Shown in pieces: positions 7,854 to 18,581 of a stretch of DNA of 64,000 nt (the stretch's first letter is position 1; every line of letters starts with the position of its first letter). This stretch comes from an uncultured Acidobacteriota bacterium (GTDB lineage Bacteria; Acidobacteriota; Thermoanaerobaculia; Multivoradales; UBA5704). The translations under genes and the position numbers were made by a program. The notes under the pieces were generated by a model. It did no database searches, was not told where the DNA came from, and saw only the letters and a program-made list of their open reading frames with translations. Location of the stretch: NCBI GenBank assembly GCA_963700145.1, contig OY969474.1:3296001-3360000 (forward strand), given 5' to 3'.

Positions 7854-9167
7854 ATGGAGTTCGTCAAAAAGCACGTGGCCGCCAGCGGGAACACCACCCT
7901 CCGCGGGTTCTTTAGCTCCGATAACGTCGATTTCGACCCCCCCAGTCTGAGCCTCCGCGCGAACGTCACGAAGGCGAAGTCGAAGAGAGTCTACGACCTC
8001 GCGGACGGCTCCACAGACGACGACGACGAGGACGAGATCCGTGACATCATGTCGCAGTCCGACAACAGTTACGAACTCATCCGCCTGGTCGGGGTGATGG
8101 ACGGGTGGGAGGGACTCGACGACGAGCTACCGGAGGGCCACGTCGATAACGTTGCCTTTCAACTGGCCCAGGTCCTCGACCAGCGCGACTACGTCGTGTA
8201 CCAGTTCGTCCGGCGTTACCTGGTTTTGCTCGACTACAACGCCAGCCCGAACCTCGGCGACTGCTTCGTGCAACTGCTGGAGTGGCCCGTCGAGTTCCAG
8301 GAGGACGAAATCGACCTGTTGCTCAGCCAAAAGGTCGAACTCCTGAAGCGGGTCACCAGCGCCACGATGCGCGAGCGGACGAACATGGTGGCAGCGGCGC
8401 GCATCCTCCCCATCGTCGTCGCGCAGACCATCGAGGCGGCCCCTCACCGCGCCGGCGAACTCGTCGCCCTGATGCACGAGGTGAACTATACGACCCGTAT
8501 CTGTGGCGACCTTGCGAGGCTGTTCTATACGCCGCTCTACGACGTGATCAGGGATACGGTCGATCCCGACCCGACAAAAACTCTAGCGCTGCGAGTCGCC
8601 TGCCGAGACACGCTCCAGCGGTTGGAAAAGGAGTTCGCCGCCGCGGCCAAGGCCGTCGAACTGATCGGCGACAATGCGGCCAAGACGACGGTGAACCGGT
8701 TCATGAGCGCGCTCAAGGCGGCGCTGGACAACTTTTCGCCGACGTTGCCGGCCCCAACGGCCGTCGGGGCCATTGTCTCGGCACTCGGTGGGGTCGGTAA
8801 CACCTTTGCCGATTTGACGACCGCGATCACGAACCTGCCGGACGTGGTAAGCGGCATCACGCTGCCGGACTTGCTCGGCACGGACGACGACGACAAGGCC
8901 CGGGATCTCATCGGCCAACTCTTCTCGCAGGGGTGGCTCGCTCATGCCTCGTTCGATGTCAAACGCCGGCAGGTGAGGTCGTTGCTGGACGGCTGGACCG
9001 TCGACTCCGATGAGATTGGGATCATCCGGGTACTGGAGGCGGCCAAGGGCTACGACCAAGCGGAACTCTACCAGTTGGTCGCTGCGGCGACCTGGGAGGA
9101 TTTGTATTCGAGCGTCGACGGCGACGAGTACGACACGATGGAAGGCATATTGGGCCAGCCAGTGTAG
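7854..9167 (+). CDS. hypothetical helical protein with annexin-like repeats
   Basis: GSTDDDDEDEIRDIM and LLDGWTVDSDEIGIIRVL motifs; no signal peptide. Confidence 0.7.
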   Translation: MEFVKKHVAASGNTTLRGFFSSDNVDFDPPSLSLRANVTKAKSKRVYDLADGSTDDDDEDEIRDIMSQSDNSYELIRLVGVMDGWEGLDDELPEGHVDNVAFQLAQVLDQRDYVVYQFVRRYLVLLDYNASPNLGDCFVQLLEWPVEFQEDEIDLLLSQKVELLKRVTSATMRERTNMVAAARILPIVVAQTIEAAPHRAGELVALMHEVNYTTRICGDLARLFYTPLYDVIRDTVDPDPTKTLALRVACRDTLQRLEKEFAAAAKAVELIGDNAAKTTVNRFMSALKAALDNFSPTLPAPTAVGAIVSALGGVGNTFADLTTAITNLPDVVSGITLPDLLGTDDDDKARDLIGQLFSQGWLAHASFDVKRRQVRSLLDGWTVDSDEIGIIRVLEAAKGYDQAELYQLVAAATWEDLYSSVDGDEYDTMEGILGQPV

Positions 9168-9239
9168 CGATCGTTCCGCCAGGCGGTCCGGGGTCCGCCA
9201 GAAGTGCTCTTCGGCGTCTTCGCCGCAGTGAAGGTCACC

Positions 9240-9570
9240 CTCTTACCGCAGGCGCCGGCGGCGAGGAGCGCCAGCGCGGCGAGCGACGGCGGCCGCGGAG
9301 CGAAGCGACCGCCTGGTCCCACGAGCGGCCGCCGTCGCCCGAGCGGTGGACGCCGCGCTCGTCGGCGGCCCACAGCTCTCCCGGCGCCGTGCCGGCGGCG
9401 AGCCGCGGCGCGATCGTGGTGGGCGGCTCGGGCCAGCCCGCGAGGACGCGCTCCCAGCGCCCGCGGCCGGCGCGGCGAAAGATGCGGCCGTCCGCCTGCC
9501 CGGCGCGGTTAGGCCGAGTAGGGGCCGGAGGCCGCCGACACGACCACCACTTCCGGGTCGCCGGGGTCGA
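9240..9570 (-). pseudogene. C-terminal remnant of a BNR/Asp-box repeat protein
   Basis: DPGDPEVVVVSAASGPYSA, then after a frameshift GRIFRR..WERV..ELWAADERGVHRSGDGGRSW (Asp-box). Confidence 0.6.
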
Positions 9571-10884
9571 TCAGCGCTTCGCGAACCCGGTGACGATGTA
9601 CGTCCCCGACCGCTGGTCCTTCTTGAGCTTGATGATGTTCTTCCGCTCGGCGTCTTCGAGGAGCTCGGAGAAGGTCGAGTAGCCGTAGTAGCCCTCGTTG
9701 AAGGAGGGCTTCTTGCGCTGCATGGTCTGCTTGATCATCGAGCCCCAGAGCACGTCCTTGTTCTCGCGCAGCAGGGCCTGGATCGACTCGACCATCAGGC
9801 TGAAGGCCTCGGCGGTCTTCTTGTTGAGGCCGTCGAGCTTGGGGCCGCGCTTGGCGTCGCGCCAGACGTCCTCGTAGTAGATGAACTCGTCGCAGTTGTC
9901 GACCAGGAGGTTCGACGACGAGTTCTTGACCCCGATGCCGATGACGTACTTGTTGTTCTCCTTGAGCTTCGAGACCAGCGGCGAGAAGTCGCTGTCGCCC
10001 GACAGGATGACGAAAGTGTCGAGGTGCTCCTTGGAGTAGGAGAGGTCCATGGCGTCGACCACCATCTTGATGTCGGCGCTGTTCTTGCCCGAGTAGAACT
10101 TCTGCGGGATGTCGATGAGCTCGATCGCGGCCTCGTGGAAGGGGCGCTTGTAGTCGCTGTAGCGCTCCCAGTCGGCGTAGGCCTTCTTGACGATGATCTT
10201 GCCCTTCTCGAGCAGGCGCTCGAGGACCAGGAGGATGTCGAACTTGCCGGTGTCGGAGTCGCGGACGCCGAGGGCGATGTTCTCGAAGTCGCAGAAAAGC
10301 GCGATCTTGCGCTCGTCCTGCGAGCGAGCGCGCTCCGGCATCGCGTAGATGATCTCGCGCTCGCGCGGGGCGTCCTCGCGGCGCAGGAAGGCGACGGGCT
10401 CCTCGCGGCGGGGATGCTCCTCCTCGTCGTCCTCCTCGACGGCGGCGCCGGCGGCGGACGGCGCGGCCGCGGCGGCGGGCCGGCCGCCCTTGCGCCGGCC
10501 GCGGCCGCCGCGCCGCGAGCGCGAGCGGCGGCGGACGCGGACCGCTTCGCCCTCCGCTCCGGCTTCGCCTTCCGCTTCGTCCTCCTCTTCGCCTTCCTCT
10601 CCCTCTTCCTCTTCCTCGCCGTCCTCCTCCTCCTCCTCGTCCTCGTGCTCCTCGTGCTCGTCGCGCTCTTCGGGCTCCTCGACGGGGCGCGGCAGCGCGG
10701 CGGCGCGGTAGGGCTCGGCGGAAGGTTCGGGGAGGGGGGCGTAGAAGGGGGGCGAGGGGGGATCGGGGATCGTCGGCGCCGGCTGGGCCGGTTCGATCTC
10801 CTCGGGTCGTTCGTCGCGACGGACCTCGTCGCGCTCGTCGTCTGCGGCGCCCTCGGCCGTGGGGCGCAACCACCATGGGCTCAC
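9571..10884 (-). CDS. NYN (LabA/DUF88) domain protein with C-terminal OST-HTH/LOTUS domain and long acidic/Arg-rich N-terminus
   Basis: IALFCDFEN, KNSADIKMVVDA, SGDSDFSPL, YGYSTFSELL; GTG start after AAAGGA. Confidence 0.9.
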   Translation of the reverse strand: MSPWWLRPTAEGAADDERDEVRRDERPEEIEPAQPAPTIPDPPSPPFYAPLPEPSAEPYRAAALPRPVEEPEERDEHEEHEDEEEEEDGEEEEEGEEGEEEDEAEGEAGAEGEAVRVRRRSRSRRGGRGRRKGGRPAAAAAPSAAGAAVEEDDEEEHPRREEPVAFLRREDAPREREIIYAMPERARSQDERKIALFCDFENIALGVRDSDTGKFDILLVLERLLEKGKIIVKKAYADWERYSDYKRPFHEAAIELIDIPQKFYSGKNSADIKMVVDAMDLSYSKEHLDTFVILSGDSDFSPLVSKLKENNKYVIGIGVKNSSSNLLVDNCDEFIYYEDVWRDAKRGPKLDGLNKKTAEAFSLMVESIQALLRENKDVLWGSMIKQTMQRKKPSFNEGYYGYSTFSELLEDAERKNIIKLKKDQRSGTYIVTGFAKR

Positions 10885-11023
10885 GTTGATGTTCCTTTCT
10901 GTCTCGTTCAGCGGGATTTCGCTTCGGGGCCCGGGCGGCGGGAGTGGAAACAAGCCACAGGCCGGGGGGCATTGTAGCCCAGAACGGCCCCGGATAGGAT
11001 GCGCTCTCAATTCGGGAGGAGCC

Positions 11024-13033
<2,010 letters not shown>

Positions 13034-13041
13034 TCCCGTAG

Positions 13042-13067
13042 CGCCCGGCCTACGTGCCGGGCGTTTT
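13042..13067 (+). terminator. intrinsic terminator after the OPT gene
   Basis: CGCCCGGC-6 nt loop-GCCGGGCG then TTTT, between convergent genes. Confidence 0.65.
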
Positions 13068-13374
13068 AATCCAGATCGAACGGGCGGACGGGGGGGCCGG
13101 TGTCGGGCTCTTCTTCGGCCCGCTTCATGGCTTCGCGGAATTTCTCTTCTAACAGGCGGTCGCGGTCTTTGAAGGCTGCGACTTCGCGGGCGAAGACGTC
13201 TTCCGCTTTCTCGCGGTCTTCGTCGAGGCCGCGCATTAGGGCGTCGAAGTCTTTGCCGCCTGCTGGCTGGCGCTTGGGGGGGCGGTGCGAGAGGACCTCG
13301 CCGGTGGCGGCGTCTATGACTAGGTCGGAGCTGCACTCTGGGCAGCGCACGGTTAGCTTGCGGGTTTCTGCCAT
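13066..13374 (-). CDS. conserved small protein, CxxC plus coiled coil
   Basis: VRCPECSSDLVIDAATGEVLSH...LLEEKFREAMKRA..RPFDLD. Confidence 0.75.
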   Translation of the reverse strand: MAETRKLTVRCPECSSDLVIDAATGEVLSHRPPKRQPAGGKDFDALMRGLDEDREKAEDVFAREVAAFKDRDRLLEEKFREAMKRAEEEPDTGPPVRPFDLD

Positions 13375-13402
13375 ATACAGATTGTATGCGGGGCTTGAGG
13401 TG

Positions 13403-13569
13403 AGGGGGCGGGAGGGGCTGCTCCGTCCGGGGACCGGCGCGCGCTTGGAAGACTGCGGCGGGGTGGCGCGCGCCTGCGCTCGGCTGCGCGCGGGGTCGGC
13501 TGGGGACTGCGGCGGGGTTGCCGGCGCTTGCCGAGAGCTCCCCGGACGGAGCAGCCCCTCCCGCCCCCT
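13403..13569. repeat. MITE-like element with perfect 31-bp terminal inverted repeats
   Basis: AGGGGGCGGGAGGGGCTGCTCCGTCCGGGGA (13403-13433) and exact reverse complement (13539-13569); internal direct repeat GACTGCGGCGGGGT at 13451 and 13505. Confidence 0.75.
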
Positions 13570-13577
13570 GGCACCGG

Positions 13578-15533
13578 CTACTTGTTCGGCGGAGAAACTA
13601 GGAACGCGGTAGCGAAGGCAAGGCCTAGTGCGGCTAGGGCCATGCCGGCTGTGAAGGCTCGGGGACGGTAGGGGAGGTCGAGTTGGCGGACCTTGGGGAA
13701 GGGGGTGAGGTTACGCCAGACGGCGGCGGATTCGTCACGGAAGGCTTGGGTCCAGGGGGCGGGGAGCTGGGCGTTGGGGGGGGTTAGGAGCCAGCGGATG
13801 CGCAGAGTGGCGTAGAGGGGGTGCTCGGGGTGGGCCCACTCGGGGACTTCGCCGTTCCAGCGCTCGCGGATGGGGGCGGTTAGGGCGGCGTAGGCGCTTG
13901 GGGCTAGGGGGTTGTAGAGGCGGGCGTCGGTTAGGTCGTAAAGAGTGGCGAGGTTGGGGGGGAAGTCTCGGCCTAGGGCGGCCATGCGGTCGTTGCCTAG
14001 GTTGCGCTGGAGGAAGCGGATGGCTTCGGTCTTGGGGAGGGCGAGGCGCTTGGGCATGGGGGGGTGGGCGGGGAGGTGGAGGAGGAGGAGCTCGGCGGCG
14101 ACCAAGGCGGCGGCCGCCGGCGGGGCCCAGCGGCGGTTGCGGCCGAGGAGGAAGAGCAGCACCGCGAGCACGAGGAAGCGCAGCTGCCAGTGGAGCCAGC
14201 CCCAGCGGAGGACGGCTAAGGTCTCGGGGTTCTCGGGGTGGACGAAGGTGACGGTGGCCCAGACGAGGACGGCGGCCACGGCCGCGGCGGCGAGGAGTAG
14301 GGGAGCGATTCGCCGTTTGTCGCGGGTCCAGCGCTCCAGGGTGCAGGCGGCCAGGTAGGCGAGGGCGAAGTTGACGAGGAGGAGCGGGCGCCGGGTTTCG
14401 AGTGGGACGCCGAGGACGACCCAGAGGAGGGCTAGGAGCCCGACGCCGAGCACGACGCGCTCCTGCGGCAGGCGCGGCTTGCCGGCGAGGGCGAGGAGGG
14501 CGAGGAGGAGGGTCGCGGTGCCGGCGAAGCCGGCGGCGTCCTCGTTGGTGTTCGAGAGCCCCCAGTAGTGGGCGAAGCGGCTGTTGCCGAAGGCGTTCGG
14601 GGCGATGAGCGGCACCCACCGCTCCGGCGCGCCCGGTCCGGCGGCCGGCGGCGCCAGGCTGCCTTCGGCGAGGCGCGCGGCGCGCAGGGTCTGCGGCAGG
14701 TAGTCGGCCGCGGGCAGCAGCGCCGGCGCCGCGGCGGCGGCGGCCAGGAGGAAAGCGAGCCCGGCGCGGCCGAGGAAGGCGCGGCGGTGGCCGCGCGGCC
14801 GCTCGAGCGCCAGGCTGGCGGCGAAGGCCGCGACGAGGGCGAGGGCGTAGGCGATGGCTTCCGGGTGGCCGGCGAGGAGGAGCGCCCAGAGCGCGATGCC
14901 GAGGAGCAGGTGGTCGCGCCGCCGGCCCTCGCGCGCCACGCGCACGAGCCCGTAGAGCGCGGCCGGCAGCCAGGCGGCGGCGTTGGCCAGCGGCCACCCG
15001 GCCCAGAGGAGGAGGAAGCCGCCCAGTCCGTAGGCGAAGGCGCCGGCGAGCGCCGCGCCGTCCCGGATCTCTTGCCGTCGCAGCAGCAAGTAGGTGAAGA
15101 CCAGCGCCAGGAGCACGCGCAGCGCCGCCGTCGCCGCCGCGGCGCGCAGCAGCGGCAGCGGCGTGGCGAGGAGGGTGAGCGGCTGGAGGGCCTGGGCCTG
15201 CGGGTCGGCGAGGAGCGGCATGCCGGCGCCGACCCGCGCGTTCCAGAGCGGCCATCGCCCCGCGCCGTACGCCCGCCGCACCTCGGCGAGCGACGGGGTG
15301 ACGAGGGTGATCAGGTCGCCCTGGAGGGGGTTGCCGTGGGGGTCGGTGGGCTCGAGGTGCTGGAACGGCACGTGGCCGCGGAGGTTGTCGAGCGGCAGGA
15401 GGAGCTTGCCGCCGACGAGCGCCGGCCCGAAGAGGATGGCGAGGACGACGGCGAAGGCGCCCCACGCCGCCGCCGGCACGCGGTCGTACCAGCGGCGGAG
15501 CGCGAGGGCGAGGAGGAGACCGGCGCCCGCCAC
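13578..15533 (-). CDS. YfhO-like polytopic membrane protein (GT-C glycosyltransferase-like)
   Basis: GRWPLWNARVGAGMPLLADPQ, LLAGHPE, many TM helices; start approximate. Confidence 0.75.
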   Translation of the reverse strand: MAGAGLLLALALRRWYDRVPAAAWGAFAVVLAILFGPALVGGKLLLPLDNLRGHVPFQHLEPTDPHGNPLQGDLITLVTPSLAEVRRAYGAGRWPLWNARVGAGMPLLADPQAQALQPLTLLATPLPLLRAAAATAALRVLLALVFTYLLLRRQEIRDGAALAGAFAYGLGGFLLLWAGWPLANAAAWLPAALYGLVRVAREGRRRDHLLLGIALWALLLAGHPEAIAYALALVAAFAASLALERPRGHRRAFLGRAGLAFLLAAAAAAPALLPAADYLPQTLRAARLAEGSLAPPAAGPGAPERWVPLIAPNAFGNSRFAHYWGLSNTNEDAAGFAGTATLLLALLALAGKPRLPQERVVLGVGLLALLWVVLGVPLETRRPLLLVNFALAYLAACTLERWTRDKRRIAPLLLAAAAVAAVLVWATVTFVHPENPETLAVLRWGWLHWQLRFLVLAVLLFLLGRNRRWAPPAAAALVAAELLLLHLPAHPPMPKRLALPKTEAIRFLQRNLGNDRMAALGRDFPPNLATLYDLTDARLYNPLAPSAYAALTAPIRERWNGEVPEWAHPEHPLYATLRIRWLLTPPNAQLPAPWTQAFRDESAAVWRNLTPFPKVRQLDLPYRPRAFTAGMALAALGLAFATAFLVSPPNK

Positions 15534-15571
15534 CCAGGCGCCGGGAAGAAGATCGACGGGCTCCCAGCCGG

Positions 15572-16600
15572 CTACAGGACCCGTCCCTTGACCGGCACCT
15601 CCACCACCGGGCTGAGCGGGTGGTTGGTGTAGAGCTTCAGGGTGCCGTTGAAGATGCCCTTGGGCATGGCCGGGCCGAGCAGCAGGCGGACGTCGAACTC
15701 CCGCGTCCCCGCAGCACCCGACGGCTCGATGCTCGCCTCGAGGCCGGCGAGGTCGTCCTCGACCCGGGTGAGCGCGAACTCCTGCCCCTGGATGTTGCCG
15801 CGCACGTGGACGCTCGCCCGCACCGGGCCGTCGATCCGGACGTCGCCGAAGTCCATCACCGGCGGCGTCACCGCCACCGCCGGCTGCACGAAGCCGGAGA
15901 CCGGGATCTCCACCACCTTCTGCTTCGGGTGGCTGGTGTGGATCGTCACGTTGTTGGCGAGCGCCCCGGCCGGCGCGCTGGCGTAGTCGAGCGCGAGCTC
16001 GACGACGTAGCCGCCGCTCGGCGCGTTGACCTCTTGGCGGTCGGCGTCGGTGGCCGGGCGGTAGGTCACCTTGAGGAAGGGGTAGGGGCTCTCGACCTTG
16101 GTGATCTCGAACGCCTCCCCGCGCGGCGACCAGACGATCTGCTCCACCTTGGCCGGCCCCTGCGTCTCCCGCTTGACGAAGCGGGCGTAGCCGGGGCGGA
16201 CGGCGAGCAGCGGCTCGACCGTGGCCTTGATCGTCAGCTCGATCTTCGGCGTCGCGGGGTCGTTGGTGTAGGCGGTGACGCTCTTGGCGATGCCGCCCGA
16301 GAAGGTGGTGCTGTCGAGCTCCGCCCGCACCACACCGGTGGCGCCCGGCGCGATCGTGCGGTCGTAGCTCGTGGCGGTGCAGCCGCAGGCGGCCTGCACG
16401 TCGGTGATCTGCAAGGGCTCGTCGCCGTCGTTGCGGATCACGAAGTCGTGGACGACCTTCTTCCCCTTCTCGACGGCGCCCACGTCCTTGATCGGCTCGA
16501 CGGCCACGGCGATGGGGCCGGTGGCGGCGAAGGCGGCGGCGGCCAGCGCCAGCAGGGCGGCGGCGCACCACGTGACGACTGCTTTCTCGTTGCGTCTCAT
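15572..16600 (-). CDS. DUF1573 (Ig-like) secreted protein
   Basis: signal peptide; HDFVIRNDGDEPLQITDVQAACGCT...IAPGATG. Confidence 0.85.
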   Translation of the reverse strand: MRRNEKAVVTWCAAALLALAAAAFAATGPIAVAVEPIKDVGAVEKGKKVVHDFVIRNDGDEPLQITDVQAACGCTATSYDRTIAPGATGVVRAELDSTTFSGGIAKSVTAYTNDPATPKIELTIKATVEPLLAVRPGYARFVKRETQGPAKVEQIVWSPRGEAFEITKVESPYPFLKVTYRPATDADRQEVNAPSGGYVVELALDYASAPAGALANNVTIHTSHPKQKVVEIPVSGFVQPAVAVTPPVMDFGDVRIDGPVRASVHVRGNIQGQEFALTRVEDDLAGLEASIEPSGAAGTREFDVRLLLGPAMPKGIFNGTLKLYTNHPLSPVVEVPVKGRVL

Positions 16601-16657
16601 GCGGGAAGCTCCTCGGCCCAATGCTACACTCGCCGCCTGCATTCCAGAAGACGCGCC

Positions 16658-18082
16658 GTGAAACCCCACCCGCTCGACATCTACTGTCTCGCCGTCGGCG
16701 GGACGGGGATGGCGCCACTCGCCTGCCTGCTCCAGGAGCAGGGCCATCGGGTGCGCGGCGTGGACGGGCCGCTCTATCCGCCGATGTCGACGCTCCTCGA
16801 GCGCTGCGGCGTCCGCCCGCACGCCGGCTACGACCCGGCGCACCTCGAGCCGCCGCCCGACCTCGTGGTCGTGGGCAACGCCATCCGGCGCGACAACCCG
16901 GAGGCGGTCGAGGCCGAGCGGCGGGGGCTGCCGCTGCTGTCGATGCCGCAGGCGCTGGCGCGCTTCTTCCTCGCCGGCCGCCGGCCGCTGGTCGTGGCCG
17001 GCACGCACGGCAAGACGACCACGACCGCCCTCGCCGCCTGGGTGTGGACCGCCTGCGGCCGCGACCCCGGGTATCTGATCGGCGGCGCGCCGCAGGACCT
17101 GCCGGCGAGCTTCGCCGGCGGCAGCGGCGACCGCTTCGTCGTCGAGGGGGACGAGTACAACGCCGCCTACTTCGACCGCGGCCCCAAGTTCCTGCACTAC
17201 CAGCCGGAGACGCTGATCCTGACCAGCGTCGAGTACGACCACGCCGACCTCTACGCCACTCCCGAGGCGCTGCGCGCCGCCTTCGCGGAGCTGCTGCGGC
17301 TGCTGCCGCCGAGCGGGGCGCTGGTCGCCTGCGGCGACGACCCGGCGGTGCGCGAGCTGGCCGCGGCGGCACCGTGCCCGGTGGTGTTCTATGGCCTGGG
17401 CGGCGAGAACGACGTGCGCCCGGCCGGGCCGGTAGCCGCGACGCCGGAGGGGAGCCGTTTCCGCATCGACGATCCGGAGGCCGGGCCGGTCGAGGTCGTC
17501 CTCCCGGTGGCCGGCGCCCACAACGTCGCCAACGCCCTCGCCGTCTGGGCGGCGGCGCGGCGCGACGGCCTGCCGGCGCGGGAGGTGGCGGCGGCCCTCG
17601 GGCGCTTCCACGGCGTCCGCCGCCGGCTCGACGAGCTGGCCTCGGCCGAGGGGGTGACGGTGGTGGACGACTTCGCGCACCACCCGACGGCGGTGGCGGC
17701 GACGCTCGAAGCGCTCCGCCAGCGCTACCCGCGGCGCCGGCTCGTGGCGCTCTTCGAGCCGCGCAGCCTGACCGCCGGCCGGCGGATGTTCTTCGACGCC
17801 TACCGCGCCGCCTTCGCCGGCGCCGACCGGGTGCTCTTCTCCCCCACCTTCCACGCCGGCCGGCTCGACCCCGAGGAGCGCCTCGACTTCGGCGCCCTGG
17901 CGCGGGCGCTCGCCGCCGACGGCGTGCCGGCCGCCCTCTGCGCCGACGCCGAGGAGGTCCTCTCCCGTGCCCTCGCCGAGGCCCGGCCCGGCGACGTCCT
18001 CGTCACCATGTCCTCGGGCGCCTTCGAGGGACTGCCCCACCGGCTGGCCGAGGGTCTCTCGGCCCGCGTCGCCGCCGGCTGA
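16658..18082 (+). CDS. mpl: murein peptide ligase (MurC/Mpl family)
   Basis: VGGTGMAPLA, YPPMS, VAGTHGKTTTT, EGDEYNAAYFDRGPKFLHY, DDFAHHPT. Confidence 0.9.
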   Translation: MKPHPLDIYCLAVGGTGMAPLACLLQEQGHRVRGVDGPLYPPMSTLLERCGVRPHAGYDPAHLEPPPDLVVVGNAIRRDNPEAVEAERRGLPLLSMPQALARFFLAGRRPLVVAGTHGKTTTTALAAWVWTACGRDPGYLIGGAPQDLPASFAGGSGDRFVVEGDEYNAAYFDRGPKFLHYQPETLILTSVEYDHADLYATPEALRAAFAELLRLLPPSGALVACGDDPAVRELAAAAPCPVVFYGLGGENDVRPAGPVAATPEGSRFRIDDPEAGPVEVVLPVAGAHNVANALAVWAAARRDGLPAREVAAALGRFHGVRRRLDELASAEGVTVVDDFAHHPTAVAATLEALRQRYPRRRLVALFEPRSLTAGRRMFFDAYRAAFAGADRVLFSPTFHAGRLDPEERLDFGALARALAADGVPAALCADAEEVLSRALAEARPGDVLVTMSSGAFEGLPHRLAEGLSARVAAG

Positions 18083-18088
18083 GCCGAT

Positions 18089-18568
18089 TTGGCCGCGCCC
18101 GCCTTCGAGATCCGGCCGTCGCCCATCCAGGGGTTCGGCGCCTGGGCCGTCCGGCCGATCCGCAAGGGAGCGCGCATCGTCGAGTACGTCGGCGAGCGGA
18201 TCGCCGCCGCAGAGGCCGAGGAGCGCTACGACGACGACGCCAGCGAGCACCCGCACGTCCTGCTCTTCACGGTGGACGAGGAGACGGTCATCGACGCCGG
18301 CGTCGGCGGCAACGAGGCGCGCTACTTCAACCACTCCTGCGCGCCGAACTGCGAGACCGTGGTCGAGAAGGGCCGGGTCTTCATCGTCGCCCGGCGGGCG
18401 ATCGCGCCGGGCGAAGAGCTGACCTACGACTACCAGCTGGAGCGCCCGGGGCGGGCGAAGGCGGCGTGGGCGCGCCGCTACGCCTGCCGCTGCGGCGCCC
18501 AGCGCTGCCGCGGCACCATGCTGGCGCCGCGGGCCAAGCGGAAGCCGAGGAAGCGAAGCGCGGGATAA
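18089..18568 (+). CDS. SET domain lysine methyltransferase with post-SET motif
   Basis: ARYFNHSCAPNC, GEELTYDY, CRCGAQRCRG. Confidence 0.92.
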   Translation: MAAPAFEIRPSPIQGFGAWAVRPIRKGARIVEYVGERIAAAEAEERYDDDASEHPHVLLFTVDEETVIDAGVGGNEARYFNHSCAPNCETVVEKGRVFIVARRAIAPGEELTYDYQLERPGRAKAAWARRYACRCGAQRCRGTMLAPRAKRKPRKRSAG

Positions 18569-18581
18569 GGCGCGAAGGGGC

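Noticed and set aside
6579-9167. Prophage remnant
   Set aside because: No capsid, terminase, tail tube, baseplate, lysis or integrase genes nearby.
10560-10680. (TCC)n microsatellite-like tract
   Set aside because: Explained by poly-Glu codons of the NYN protein.
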